Source: Octopus sinensis
Lineage: Eukaryota
Assembly (NCBI RefSeq): GCF_006345805.1
Contig: NC_043011.1
Coordinates: forward strand, 4,154,001-4,218,000
Direction of reading: 5' to 3'
DNA: 64,000 bases
Shown one piece after another: positions 23,426 through 36,328 of the stretch. Each line of letters starts with the position of its first letter. Within the stretch, counting starts at the first letter, position 1. A program made the position numbers and the translations under genes. The notes under the pieces are model-generated. The model searched no databases. It was not told where the DNA came from and saw only the letters and a program-made list of their open reading frames with translations.

Positions 23426-24786
23426 GTCATGTGACTGACACAAAAACTTTTATAATTCTGTTGTACCTATTCGTATACTACTGGTTTGGCTAGAACTGGG
23501 TCACAGTAAACAAAATGATTGATATTTTCTTTATAACCTACTAAAATATATCTTAGTTATTTTTTTATACCTGCTTCATTAAAGTTGTATATAGTAGTTT
23601 CTGGTGTGAAGGCTTTTGTCTTATGCTTTAAACAAAATCAATTTTGTCTCAGTTATCAATCCTGGGCTTCTCAGCAGTGCAGAGATTTTTCTTTATTCAT
23701 TTTTATTTTGACAAATGTTATTGGCTATATGTGATTTTTATCTTTTTTCGCCAGATCAGCATGGCATTTTATACTCTTAATATTTTTTGTTATTATTTCT
23801 CCATCTTCACAATTATTTGTAAAATCAGTCTTCTTTATATATTTTCTGTTATCTTCACATAAAAAAAACATTTTTCTTTTCCGTTTTTTGTTTTCATCGT
23901 TTTAGCTATTTTTTCTAGAATTCTTTTATTCTTTCATACATTTTTTTTTCAGTCTTGCCGTAAATATTTTATGATAGCTTATTTGTCAACATAGAATCTT
24001 TCACTTTTGGCGTTTTGGCAATGTTTCCTTGTTTTCTAGTCTTGCCAGTACACTTAACTTTCAGCTGAGAATACCATAACTCTAACTTATTACTGGAACA
24101 GATCTGATATTAATAGCTATTACTTTATTTTTAGTATTTAATTTAGTTTTAAGTATTAATCTTAATATGTTTGTCATTAGTCAAATTCTTTTAACTGGTC
24201 ACTGATAAAGACCATCTGAACATCCTATTGTGGAGGACTTTCAACCAATGGACTACAGAGAATGTCTAGAAATCCCAGACATGGCTAAGCTGCTGCAGAG
24301 GATGGGAAACATTACCATTACAGGATAAATTCGGCTGTCCAAGATGTTTGCTGGGCAATAAAGCCATTCTGCACACATTTCTTCAGTTCTGCTTCTTAGG
24401 CCGGGTGAGGCGCATACTACCCCACTCACATCTTCCCAACCAGCTTGCCTCTCCTCCTCTAATCACCTTTGATGTGTCTTGTTGCTACCCCTGCCATGTC
24501 ACACACTAATCACTTTTTCCCCTTCATCTGTGTTGGAACCACTCTGCACCACTCCCCTCCCACCACCACCATTCATGCCTCCTCATAATTATTGCCTAGC
24601 AGAACATTAATGGCATCGGTCCCAGTCAAATGAGAAGAGCTTATAAAAACCATGGGTACTGCCCCTTCTTATAAATGCAGTGAATAAAAGAATTTGTTCT
24701 TCCACCTTCAGGTGTTGTCCTGTGTAGGATGAATTTGCCCACAAGCAGATTGTAATCAAAATACACTGGAAATAATAATAATAATC

Positions 24787-24880
24787 ACCAAGGATCAGTG
24801 CTAAACCCCCTCTTGTTCATCATAGTCCTCCAGGCAATAACAGAGGAATTTAAGACAGGTTGACCTTCGGAGCTCCTCTT
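24787..24880 (+). mobile_element. Short RTE RT fragment
   Basis: HQGSVLNPLLFIIVLQAITEEFKTG*PSELL. Confidence 0.8.
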
Positions 24881-25072
24881 TTTTTACCCTGAATGGGTAA
24901 GTAGTTTTCTTTTGCTTGGTGCCTGGAGCTAAAGAAATTTTAAGAAGGACAAGATTGGTAGGACTGAGGATAACCCTCTTTGCGTTAGCTCTCATTGATA
25001 TTTTCCAGTTCCACTTGGAGAAGAAGGTAACATAAGAATGACATAATGTCCTGTAAACGTGTGGAAAGATTG

Positions 25073-25328
25073 TCATCATCACTTAGCGTCTGTTTTCCAT
25101 GCTGGCATGGGTAAGACTGTTTGACTGAAGCTGGTAAGCCAGGGAACTGCAAAAGGTTCCAGTCTATTCTGGCTTGGTTTCTATGGCTGGATGCCATTCC
25201 TAATGCCAACCACTCCACAGAATGTACTGTGTGCCTCTCACATGTCACCAGCATGGGTACTTTTTGCATGTCACTGGCACTGGGCATGACTACAATTTCT
25301 CTTAGCTTGACACGTCTCCTCAAGCACA
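25073..25328 (-). mobile_element. Family B copy
   Basis: catcatcacttagcgtctgttttccatgctggc..ggatgccattcctaatgccaacc. Confidence 0.75.
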
Positions 25329-25443
25329 GTTTTTATTACTAAGATAACTGTACAAAAATATCACAGGCAGTCAAGAATCCTGATGATTGTGCAAAATTAT
25401 AAAAAGACAAGTGGGCTGGAGGAAACAGCATAGTTCAATGCTG

Positions 25444-26064
25444 AAAAATGTCAAGTGCTTCACTATCAGCCCACAAGCAGATTGTTATCAAAATACACAG
25501 GATCAGAGTGCATCGCAATCTCAAAGTCACAATCAGTGTGTATGATCTGAGAATCCAAATGAATAATGATACACCATTCTATGTGCATGTAACTAATATG
25601 GCTACAATATGCAGGTGATTTGTTGGTTGGATTTTGAGACCATTGAGAACTAGGGAAAAAAAAAACATTAGTTCTCTAACAGACATTTATTCTCAGTCAC
25701 CTGGGCAGTCACTTCCAATTATAGTCAACACATAACATTCAGCTAAAAGCAGAGCTTGAGGCAATCCAGCCCCCCCCCCCAAAAAAAAAAATCGCTTCTA
25801 TTGAACAAATGAACCACTGGAAGAAGCTAAAACAATGAGGCTCTATTTACTAACGTTAAGGTATGAAAGTTATCCAGTGATATAGAAATGGAAGATCCTG
25901 GATGTTCTAGCACCTAAATTTGGGATTGAAAGCTATACCAACCCTTGAATTGGATTCTCAGATCAGACACAATGATTGTGACTTTGAGATTGCAATGCAA
26001 CCTGATCAAATGTATTTTGATTGCAATCTGTTTGTCGGCTGATAATGAAGCACTTAACGTTTTT
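25444..26064. mobile_element. MITE-like element with ~115-bp imperfect terminal inverted repeats
   Basis: 25444-25560 is the reverse complement of 25948-26064 (aagtgcttcactatcagcccacaagcagattg..gatctgagaatccaa); no clean TSD. Confidence 0.75.
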
Positions 26065-26232
26065 AATATATGAAAATCTACTTAATTTATGAAAATCTTT
26101 CTTCAAATATTATGATAGTATCAAGAATTCTTTCTAAAAGAATTTACATTTGTCTGTCTGTCTGGCCGTCTGGTCGTCCGTCTGTCCATCCATTTATGCA
26201 TATGCGCGTGCACACACACACACACATATATA

Positions 26233-26359
26233 CAGGGTGTCCAGAAAGTCTGGGTGCATGGAGTAAATAAAATCATAACATAAAGAATTAAATATAAGAA
26301 ATAGTAATTTCTTGAAGTATGTATTAGTCCCCATGTACCCTGACTTTGTGGACACCCTG
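26233..26359. mobile_element. Tc1/mariner-type MITE (127 bp)
   Basis: TA|cagggtgtccagaaagtctgggtgcatgg ... ccatgtaccctgactttgtggacaccctg|TA. Confidence 0.88.
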
Positions 26360-26361
26360 TA

Positions 26362-26513
26362 TATCATCATCATCATCCTTTCATCTTTTAATGTTTGTGT
26401 TCCATGCTGGAATGGGTTGGCTGGTTTGACCAGAACTGGCAAGCAGAAGAGCTGTACCAGGCTCCTGTATGATTTGGTTTGATTTCTACAGTTGGATACC
26501 CTTCCTAATGCCA
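26362..26513 (-). mobile_element. Family B tail fragment
   Basis: (ATC)n..ccatgctggaatgggttgg..ggatacccttcctaatgcca, then cut by the duplication. Confidence 0.72.
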
Positions 26514-26795
26514 GGACTCATCTCCAAGCAACAACTAGAGATGGGATCTAGCTGTAGATGAAGGAAGATCTTTAAGTAGATTTGAACTGTTATGCTATGC
26601 TTTACATTGAACACTAACAGAAATGGTGGGTGAAAGGAAAAATGCTTTTCAGAAATACAATATGGAATAAAACACTTTAACTGATTTAATCCAGAATCTT
26701 AACTTGAACCTGAACATTAAATGATTATTTCAACCCCAAAAGGAAAAGCAGAAAGCAAATGCTACTTCTTGAGAACTTATACAAGGAAAATAATA
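26510..26795 (+). repeat. Copy 2 of the ~280-bp local direct duplication
   Basis: See 23147-23425. Confidence 0.92.
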
Positions 26796-26991
26796 ATTTC
26801 TTTATAGTGTGTGCTGAGTGCTTGCTATTAACATGGCACCAACATGAAGGCTTTTACATGGTGCTAGAATGGGAGTTTTTCTTACATGGCATCGATAGAG
26901 GACTCTCGCAGATCAATCCTCTGTACCAGGGGGAGCACCCTTAACACTTCTGCTGTGGAGGACGGTTTTTCTTGAGTACATATACATGTGT

Positions 26992-27213
26992 GTGAAGGCA
27001 CGTGGTCTAATGGTTAGGCTGTTGTATTCATGATCACTAGATTGTGGGTTCGATTCCCTGACTGGGCAGTACATTGTGTTCTTGAGCAAAATGCATCATT
27101 TCACATCACTCTAGTCCCCCTCTGATCAGTGGGGGAGATTGTTGGCCTCTTCACCTTGCCAGCAAGGTGGCATCATTTGAAGGCTAAAATAATACAAAAG
27201 TGGATTGTGACCA
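26992..27213 (+). mobile_element. tRNA-derived SINE, head D2 + tail T2
   Basis: gtgaaggcacgtggtctaatggttagg..gggttcgattccc; tail gttggcc..ttgccagcaaggtggcatcatttgaaggctaaa..ttgtgacca. Confidence 0.7.
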
Positions 27214-27409
27214 CATGATACACACACTCACACACACATGCGTGCACACAGATAGATGTGTTAATATAATGTATGTATTAGTGTTGCTTTCGAATTTTTC
27301 ATCAATGCAGAAACAGCTGGTTTCTATCCCAGAAGCAAAGTTTTTTCATTGGAGATCAGAATATATCAGCGCGGAAGTCATGTATGCATATTTGCATGTA
27401 TACATCCAT

Positions 27410-27414
<5 letters not shown>

Positions 27415-27444
<30 letters not shown>

Positions 27445-27815
27445 ACACACACAACACACAACACACACAACACTCACTCACTCATCACTCACTCATTCAC
27501 TCAGTCACACACTCATTTACTCACTCACTCACTCATTTACTCACTCACTCACTCACTCACTCACTCACTCATTCACTCAGTCACACACTCATTTACTCAC
27601 TCACTCACTCATTTACTCACTCACTCATTCACTCAGTCACACACTCATTTACTCACTCACTCACTCATTTACTCACTCACTCACTCACTCATTCACTCAG
27701 TCACACACTCATTTACTCACTCACTCACTCATTTACTCACTCACTCACTCACTCACTCACTCATTTACTCACTCACTCACTCACTCACTCACTCATGTAC
27801 TCACACACACACTCA
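27415..27815. repeat. (CA)n grading into (CACT)n minisatellite with higher-order units
   Basis: Variant block cattcactcagtcacacactcattt recurs four times. Confidence 0.93.
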
Positions 27816-29554
27816 CACAGATAATCAAGCAATTGGACTGACAGATATTGACTGTTGGACAACTGCAAGTAGGATTCTTGTATATATTTTCATCTTGTCA
27901 TCTTTGTTCCTCTCAGTTTTTCCTCAGTTGTCTGGTGTTAATCAAATGCTCTTTTACACTCTATAATGGCATCACTACTGGAAATTAGACAACAATCAAT
28001 TATTGCTGCTTTGCCAATGTAGACGTATGATCTGAGTAAATATTTTCAAAAGAGATTTAGTGAGAAACAAACACGCGGATGAAAAGATAAACAAAGAGAT
28101 GGGGATGGAGAGAGAGAAAGAGAGATGTGTTGTGTGTGTGTGTGTGATGGAAAGAAACAAAAGTACAGAGTGATAAAGAGAGAGAGAGAGGGAGAGAGAG
28201 AGAGAGAGGGAGAGAGACGTGTGTGAGCGAGATGGAGAAAAATGAAGCATAAGGTGAAAGAAAGATTGTGTGTGAATGAGGTGGATAAAGACAAAAGAAT
28301 TAAAGGAAAAAGATGCTGTGTGTGAGTGAGATGGAGAAAGACGAAATAAAAAGAGAAAGATTTCTTTGATCATTTTCCTACAGTTTTAAAGAAATCTGCT
28401 AACATCTCTATTTGAAAGACATACATGTCTTTAACCTATCATCTATTATAGAAATACTTGCTTAAGGATGTGTATACTCTGGAGATTAGGTTATTCTTCA
28501 CTGTCTCTCTTTGTAAAATAATTGTTCAAGTGTTGTTGTGATTTCTTTTGTTTATTGTTTTGATTTTCTTTCTCTTTTCTTTTTTTTATTATTCCTTTCA
28601 GAAGTCATTCTCTTGTGTTCTTTCTACCTCTTATTACATTTTGCCTTTCTTTTTCTTGTCCTTCTCTAATTGTTGTTTTGTTTAAATTATGTATAGAAAG
28701 TTAGGGTTGGACGGTGATGCAAATATCTGAAAAGTTTTATGCCCTGGCTTCCTAATTCTAACTGAAATAATTCAACTTTGAAGTCAAGAGTTATTAACAA
28801 GAGACGTTTCCTTAAAAATACTTACCATTCAGCTGAGAATTGTAAATTAGACCTCATGTGTTACTGTAGCAAGCATCACATTTCATGTGATATGGTGAAG
28901 AAAAAGAAAAAGAAGTATTATTAGTCATTGATTAAAATTATTTTTCAGCAAGTATTGGAGACAACTCTGGCATGTTTCAGTCTAATTTCGATCTCATCAG
29001 CAAAAAACAGATTTTACTATTTGTGCCCAAATATTGATGAAACCTGTCATCTAAATGGCAAATTCTGTTCAAAAAACCACAAAAAAAGGCAAACACATAA
29101 AACAACTAATTTTGAAAATCATAATTAATTAAATATAGATTATTATTTCTTATAAATAGTAAGTGCTGTCTGTGGTAAATAATGGTTGGAATATCTTTGA
29201 TCCTAGGTCTGCTGGATGGAGTTGATATGGGTTAAGCAACAAAGCAGCTTGTATATACTCATCTGGCCTTCCAAAAATGGCAGCCAAATTCACTAAAAAT
29301 CTGACCCCTACTGTCTAAGATAGAAACTGTATAAAGTAGTAGTCTCTGATATACAAAATAGGATGGTCAGTGCTGGAATGCCTTTGATCATAAGTCTGTA
29401 TGATCGATACTAACCTGGTGTTAAACAGTAGGTACAACAACAACGACATGATTCTCTGTACTTGTATAGAAACTAACCACTCAACTATGACCATAGATTC
29501 TCAACTAGTTTGAACGCACCAGAGTGAGAACCATTAAGCAGTCATGCTCTAGTG

Positions 29555-29586
<32 letters not shown>

Positions 29587-30298
29587 CATTGCAATGTTGA
29601 TTTGATTAGTTTGTCTGGGTAATTAATTACAGTCTATGCTAATTTTTCATACCTACTCATGTGCACCAGCGTATAACGACATAGTGATTCAATCCTCACT
29701 ACTTCAGCAACTACAGTGAAGTGTATTCTTTGCTGAGGAGGTCTATTCAAGATCAAGACAAATCTGCAGTTATTTCCCCTACTTACTGAAATAATTAGAA
29801 TAATATAATTAACCATTTTGGTAACATCATCATCTTTTAAGTACAGCATTAAGTATGTTCACACTTACTTAAATTGTTTTTCAAGTGGATAACAACTGTA
29901 GAACTCTTACTTTTTTCTTTTTTTGTTTAATGTCCTAAATGTAACCCTTTAAGCATTCAGAATACTTGGTTAAGTGTAGTGTTTATTTATTCACAGTGTT
30001 TTGAATTAATCATGCATTTTCTCATAGCTTCAAGATTTCAGTAATATGAGTGTTTTTTTAATTTTTAGAATGATATTGTTGGGTAGGTGTCAAAGGTCAG
30101 ATCTGGCCAGTCTATATATAAAACAAGAGGAATATTTGAACCAGATATGGCTGGTTTAAATGCTAAAAGGGTCAAACTGGCGATTTATTAGGTCTTTGAT
30201 ATCTCTCCTTCACATTAATGCTACCCATCAGCTTCCCTGCTCTAGAAGATGCTCCTTCTCTCAAGCATAACCTTTGACCTCTTATTTTCAATGGAGCT

Positions 30299-30529
30299 TA
30301 CTTTACTTTTACTTTTACTTGTGTCAGTCATTTGACTGTGGCCATGCTGGAGCATCACCTTTAGTCGAGCAAATCGACCCCAGGACTTATTCTTTGTAAG
30401 CCCACTACTTATTCTATCGGTCTCTTTTTGCCGAACCGCTAAGTGACGAGGACGTAAACACACCAGCATCAGTTGTCAAGCAATGCTAGGGGGACAAACA
30501 CAGACACACAAAAACACATACATACATAT

Positions 30530-30581
<52 letters not shown>

Positions 30582-30743
30582 TACGACAGGTTTCTTTCAG
30601 TTTCCGTCTACCAAATCCACTCACAAGGCATTGGTCAGCCCGGGGCTATAGCAGAAGGCACTTGCCCAAGATGCCACGCAGTGGGACTGAACCCAGAACC
30701 ATGTGGTTGGTTAGCAAGCTACTTACCACACAGCCACTCCTAC
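30299..30743 (-). mobile_element. Family A SINE, full length
   Basis: Reverse match to 11582-11979. Confidence 0.88.
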
Positions 30744-30770
30744 GTCTATAGAGCTGTGTAAAATGTTTGA

Positions 30771-31076
30771 GTGAAGGCATGTGGCTTAGTGGTTAGAGTA
30801 CTCGGCTCAAGACCATAAGGTCGTGAGTTTGATCCTGGGCGGTGCATTGTGTCCTTGAGACTGGCACTTTATTTATTATTGCTTCAGTCCACTCCTTTGG
30901 CAAAAAATGAGTTGTAACTGCAATTCAAAGGGCCAGCCTTATTACATTGTGTCACACTGAATCTCCCTGAGAACTACATTAAGGGAACATGTGTCTGTGG
31001 AGTGCTCAGCCACTTGCTCATTGATTTCTTTGATTGGATTAACTGGGATCCGCATCATCGTAACCAACACAGTGCT
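30771..31076 (+). mobile_element. tRNA-derived SINE, head D2 + tail T1
   Basis: gtgaaggcatgTGGCTTAGTGGttag head; tail gttgtaac..tcaaagggccagcc..gtggagtgctcagccac. Confidence 0.75.
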
Positions 31077-31296
31077 GGTAGTGTGAAACATTTAGTTATT
31101 TCCCTAGGATGCATTCAATCAGTTTTTCCTTCTCATTCACTGGTTATTGATCTTATCTGTTGAACTTCTTAACAGGATTTGTTTACGTAGTTCTCTTTGA
31201 CTGACTCTCAGTCTTTCCATCTCTCTTTTTTTCTCAATATCTTCATATTTTTAGTTTTTTATCTATCTATCATCCACCCCCTCACACACACACTCA

Positions 31297-31340
<44 letters not shown>

Positions 31341-32377
31341 TACTTGCATCTATATGTTAATGTTTTTTTCTATTTAAATATCTTTTAACGTAGTTAGCTG
31401 AGCACTGTGAACAAACTCATTATTTTAAGGTTAATCTTACAAAGGATAGCTTAGTGCAGGCTATCATACTTGATGTAGGTAACCTCTGTGTGTGTGCATG
31501 TGCATGTGTATGCATGCGTATGTATGTGTGCATGTTCCACATAGTCACTGTTTTACCCCGTCAAGGTGAAAATTGTTAAAATTTGTTCTTTTCAACTTCT
31601 GATAGAAAAACTTAGAATGTTGTATGCCCACCAGGCAATGCAATAAACAAGAAAAGATTACTAATAAAGAAAGAAAAACAATCTTTTAATTATGTAAATT
31701 AAATAGTATTTTGAAAAAAACATAATTATGTTATTTAAGTAAAAATGTAAGAGTACAAATTTAATTTAAGTTCAAAATTTGTCATTTTTTTTTGTGTTCA
31801 ATTTTATATAAGTGTTTCAGTTTGAACCATCTTTTCTGTGACACAGACATAATTCCGAATGACTCAACATTCTCAGACAAAGTTGAGATTGTTAGTTTCT
31901 TTTTGAAGTAATATATCAAAAATATAGTAATTCAGATTATTATATTTGTTTTAGCTATTCATAAACCCTGAGCAAAGTTGAGTACTTCTTCAAAATTAGA
32001 GTTTTGAAGTAACTGAAATTATAACCCTAGGTTGAAAACATTCATTAATGTTACTAAAAGTTTCTTCTCAGAAAAAGCAAAAAAAAAAAACCCTGAAAAA
32101 TTTTGATTAACAAACATTTAATTTTCGAGGAAAAATGAATGACAATGTGGATCTTATTCTGGTTTTTGCTAAGTATAATGACAACTCTAGATCTGGTTAG
32201 TTACCTTGAAAATTAAATTGATACAAACTAGGTAGGTTCTTCATATTGACAGACAATATTCCTTTTGCAATTTTGTGCCGACAAATACAATTGTAGCTGT
32301 GATTGAGACCTGAACTGCTAGGTAACTGGCCATGCATCACAACCAAATCACACTAGCTTCAAGCGATTCATCTAATA

Positions 32378-32810
32378 ACTCTTTACTCTCTTTTTTATTC
32401 TTTTACTTGTTTCAGTCATTTGACTGCGGCCATGCTGGAGCACCACCTTTAGTCAAGCAAATCGACCCTGGGACTTATTCTTTGTAAGCCCAGTACTTAT
32501 TCTATAGGTCTCTTTTTGTGGAAAACCGCTAAGTGACGGGGACGTAAACACACCAGCATCGGTTGTCAAGCAATGCTCGGGGGCAAACACAGACACACAA
32601 AAACACACACATACATCATCATCATCATCATCATCGTTTATATGTATATATATATATGACAGGCTCCTTTCAGTTTCCGTCTATCAAATCCACTCACAAG
32701 GCATTGGTCGGCCCGGGGCTATAGCAGAAGACACTTGCCCAAGACGCCACGCAGTGGGACTGAACCTGGAACCATGTGGTTCGTTAGCAAGCTACTTACC
32801 ACACAGCCAC
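32378..32810 (-). mobile_element. Family A SINE, full length, with an (ATC)n tail-like insert in its middle tract
   Basis: Reverse match to consensus; catcatcatcgttta at about 32615-32640. Confidence 0.88.
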
Positions 32811-33223
32811 AACATCAAGCCAACATATGATTCAATCTTCTAGAATCTTCTTGTGTCTTATAAAAAGGCTGTTTTTGATGATAATTGTAGAATGTTGAGG
32901 CAACTGTCTGTGTCTCCCTCCTTGCCATGAACACAGTTATTTCTACTGATGCTGGGATAGCTACATGTTTCTGTATCTCTAAGCTGGTTGGAAACTCCAA
33001 GTTGTTCATCTCACCCAGTATGTAATTAGTGCTGTTTTTTTAATTGTAAAAGGCCAACACAGTTTAACACTTTGTGCAATAATAAAAGCGTCTGTTACCC
33101 CTTTCGATCATTATAAGTGGAAGTATGCAAATGTATTTACATTATGTTTCCCTCTAACGAATGAGCTAATTTTAAAGTCATTACATTTTATGAATGCAGA
33201 AAATAGTAATAATATATATTATT

Positions 33224-33479
33224 GTGCTGGTGGCATGTGTAAAAGGATTCGAGCGAGGTCGTTGCCAGTACCACCTGACTGCCCCCCCCCCGTGCCGGTG
33301 GCACGTAAAAAGCACCCACTACACTCCCGGAGTGATTGGCGTTAGGAAGGGCATCCACCTGTAGAAACTCTGTCGGATCAAGATTGGAGCCTGGTGCAGC
33401 CATCTGGTTCGCCAGCCCTCAGTCAAAATCGTCCAACCCATGCTAGCATGGAAAGCAGATGTTAAACGATGATGATGAT
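33224..33479 (+). mobile_element. Family B copy
   Basis: gtgccggtggcacgtaaaaagcacc..ccaacccatgctagcatggaaagc..(gat)n. Confidence 0.85.
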
Positions 33480-34180
33480 ATGTGTGTGTGTGTATTGTGG
33501 ATATATATATATATTGTGTGTATGTGTGTGTGTAAATACTACCATATAAAAACTTCAGATGTATCTGTAATGCTGGTATATATATATATATATATATGTA
33601 TGTATATAATAACGATTAAGCTTGTTTGCATCTTTGTCTCTGTGCTTGCCTAAGTACATCACATTCAAAATGTTTAAGGGACATAACTCAACATAATCTA
33701 TGTCTCCTTTCTATTTTCTGTTCTCTCTATCCCTATCCTCATCATTTCTTCCTGTTTATCAGATTTGTTTTTACATTTTTTTTCACCAGTAATTGTTTAC
33801 AAGTAGTTGATGAAATGGGGAAAGTCATGTCTGAAACCTAGAAATGAAATATTGCAATTTAGATGGAGTGCAGATAGCTGTTTGTCTATGAAATTCTAGT
33901 AGCATATTGAATATTTAAGCACATCATAAAAATAACGTGTGTGTGTGTGTGTGTTAATTTCAAACAATGAGAATGAGTGCTCAACACCACATTGGTGGAT
34001 AAATATATATATATATGACCCCATAAACTTGCCAGCATCCGGTATGTGGAGCTTTTAACTGGTAGCACTTGCATCTGCAAGTTGTTTGCAAAAATTCAAA
34101 TATATGAACCCTGTCGAATCATCTAACTCATGCCAGCATGGTATGTGGACATTAAATGATGGTGATCACACACACACGCA

Positions 34181-34232
<52 letters not shown>

Positions 34233-34479
34233 ACAAATCAGGAGTCGGGGAAAATACACACACACACAGATACATCCCTATTCTCCCTTATATTTCATCT
34301 TGTCCCTTGAAAGTATGCCTTCATCATCTCTCTCTCTCACTCATTCTCTTTCCCTGACTCTCTCTCTCTCTCTTTCTCTCCATCTGAGGAGGCCGTTTAT
34401 TTCCACTTCATGAAGTCACCTGTTCCTGTCCTTGTATCATACTTTCTTTCCCTCAACACTTATACCACCTCTCAAGTTA

Positions 34480-34668
34480 AGGGGACTTGCTGGTGCCAAT
34501 ATAAAGGGCACTCTGTCATGTGGTTGGCATTGGAAAGAGAGTCCAGCTGTAGAAAGCATGCCAAGGCAGACATTGGAGCTCAGTGCAGTCCTCTGGTTCA
34601 TCATTTCTTGATGGACTGTCCAACACATACCAGCATGGAAAAACGGATCTTTAATAATGATGATGATA
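34480..34668 (+). mobile_element. Family B copy, strongly diverged
   Basis: gtggttggcattggaaagagagtccagctgtagaaa..gtccaacacataccagcatggaaa..gatgatgat. Confidence 0.6.
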
Positions 34669-34734
34669 ACGAGAAACACAGGCACACATGATCATATATA
34701 CACATAAAATCTATGATGTGCTGTAAGTGCACAT

Positions 34735-34777
<43 letters not shown>

Positions 34778-34778
34778 G

Positions 34779-34822
<44 letters not shown>

Positions 34823-34875
34823 ACTACTACTACTACTACTACTACTAGTAGTAGTAGTAGTAGTAGTCGTAGTAG
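34735..34875. repeat. (CTA)n(CTG)n(CTA)n(GTA)n trinucleotide tract
   Basis: Directly visible; source of poly-L and poly-S ORFs. Confidence 0.95.
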
Positions 34876-35271
34876 TCATCCAACTTCAATTGGTGACACT
34901 ATGTAGTTCAGAACTCCATAGTATTTTCAAGTAGCTAAAGTCAGTTGATGAATCACCAGTTCTATCAACTGGATTGGTTGACCCTAGACTGACCACTGGC
35001 TGAAAGAATTTCTTCTGCTCAGGTTGTGTCATGTAGTTTTGCTGAATGAAGATCAATACATGAAACTGTCCATCTGCCATGCTGCTCCCCCGTGACTTAG
35101 CCATGACCCTGGCTCAGTGATTTTTTTCCTCATTGAGGTTAATTCCTCTCTCGGATGATTATTGATGCCTACATGTCCCTCTGCACTTCGACAAGTTTTG
35201 CTTTTCGTCTTGCATGGCATCCCAATCACTCACCTCACCACGCTAGCATGGTGGAGATGCTGATTTAGTTG

Positions 35272-35791
35272 CTACTAAAGGGTATGGCCTGGTCAGCCTG
35301 TAATGACATGCATAAGATCTGGTCATCAAATCTAAGTAGAGACTTCAAACTTGAAATCTTCAAAGCCACAGTCGAACCAATTCTACTATATGGCTCAGAA
35401 ACCTGGACGTTATCAAAGAAGCTTGAGAGGCGGTTGGATGGAACCTACACTCGCCTCCTCATGAGAGCTCAAAATCTCTCGTGGAGGCGCCATCCAACTA
35501 AAATGCAAATATATGGGAAACTACCACCTGTGTCATCTCTTGTAAAAGGTAGGAGAGTCCAGTTTGCTGGACATTGTTGTAGAGCTGAAAAAGAGGTAAT
35601 TTCTACTCATCACCTCTGGAAGCCATCTACTCGCAATACCAGAGGGTGCACACTCTCCTACCCTGATGTAATCTCCAGGGATACAGGCATCCAGCACCAG
35701 GACCTCTGTAATGCCATGATGGACCGTGAAGTCTGGCGTAGCATAGTAAATTCCATTGTCTCGACCACGGTCGAACAATGATGATGATGAT
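35272..35791 (+). mobile_element. RTE/RTEX-type LINE, 5'-truncated, open C-terminal frame and (TGA)n tail
   Basis: KGMAWSACNDMHKIW..FKATVEPILLYGSETWTL..RRVQFAGHC..MMDREVWR..* then tgatgatgatga. Confidence 0.85.
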
Positions 35792-36328
35792 TAGTTGCTA
35801 CCAAAATGCGACAGATCATACTGGGCTCCATGTTACCAGTGGCACTCGAAAGTGGCATGACATGACATTTAATTAACAGTAACATTAGGCCTCCTTATTT
35901 ATTATCTGTTTACAGTCCTATATTTCTGTGCTGCACACTTAACCAAGTGTAATGTTGTGTATACTTGGGAGTTAGCTACAAAGTAGGTATAGAGCCAAAT
36001 AAAATTGAAAGCATGCAAGAAAGCAAATTATTGATATTCTGAAGCCTTCAGTGAAATATATTGCAATTACATTTTTGCTGATGAAATGATTTTATGATTG
36101 CATAAAATTATTGAAACAAGAGTACAGATTGCAGATTCAGAATATCAATAATTTATTTGTTTTGTTATTCTTTCAATTATCAATTATATGTATATATGGA
36201 TGGATGGATGGATGTTTGTGTATCTCTATCCACATAAAATGGAAATTGGTTCATGCAAACATGAATGCCTTGTGTATGTCATTCAACTCAGTAATCTACC
36301 TCTCACCAATGTTCAATTTATACTTCAA

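Noticed and set aside
23700-24060. Lys/Asn-rich minus-strand frames, possible LINE remnant
   Set aside because: Explained by T-rich composition; no convincing RT motif, and not collinear with the nearby RTE.
28826-28863. Minus-strand segment with AG and GTAAGT splice-like ends
   Set aside because: Stop codons in all three frames.
29653-29785. Minus-strand 133-bp candidate exon (SRGNNCRFVLILNRPPQQRIHF..)
   Set aside because: Weak acceptor overlapping an alternative donor, no recognisable homology and no supporting neighbours.
30483-30761. Recurrent ORFs reading [32 protein letters not shown]
   Set aside because: Antisense translations of family A SINE; recurrence reflects repeat copy number, not a gene family.
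35272-35791. Equating the RTE pieces with a specific published active octopus LINE
   Set aside because: Cannot be verified without alignment; all RTE copies here are truncated.
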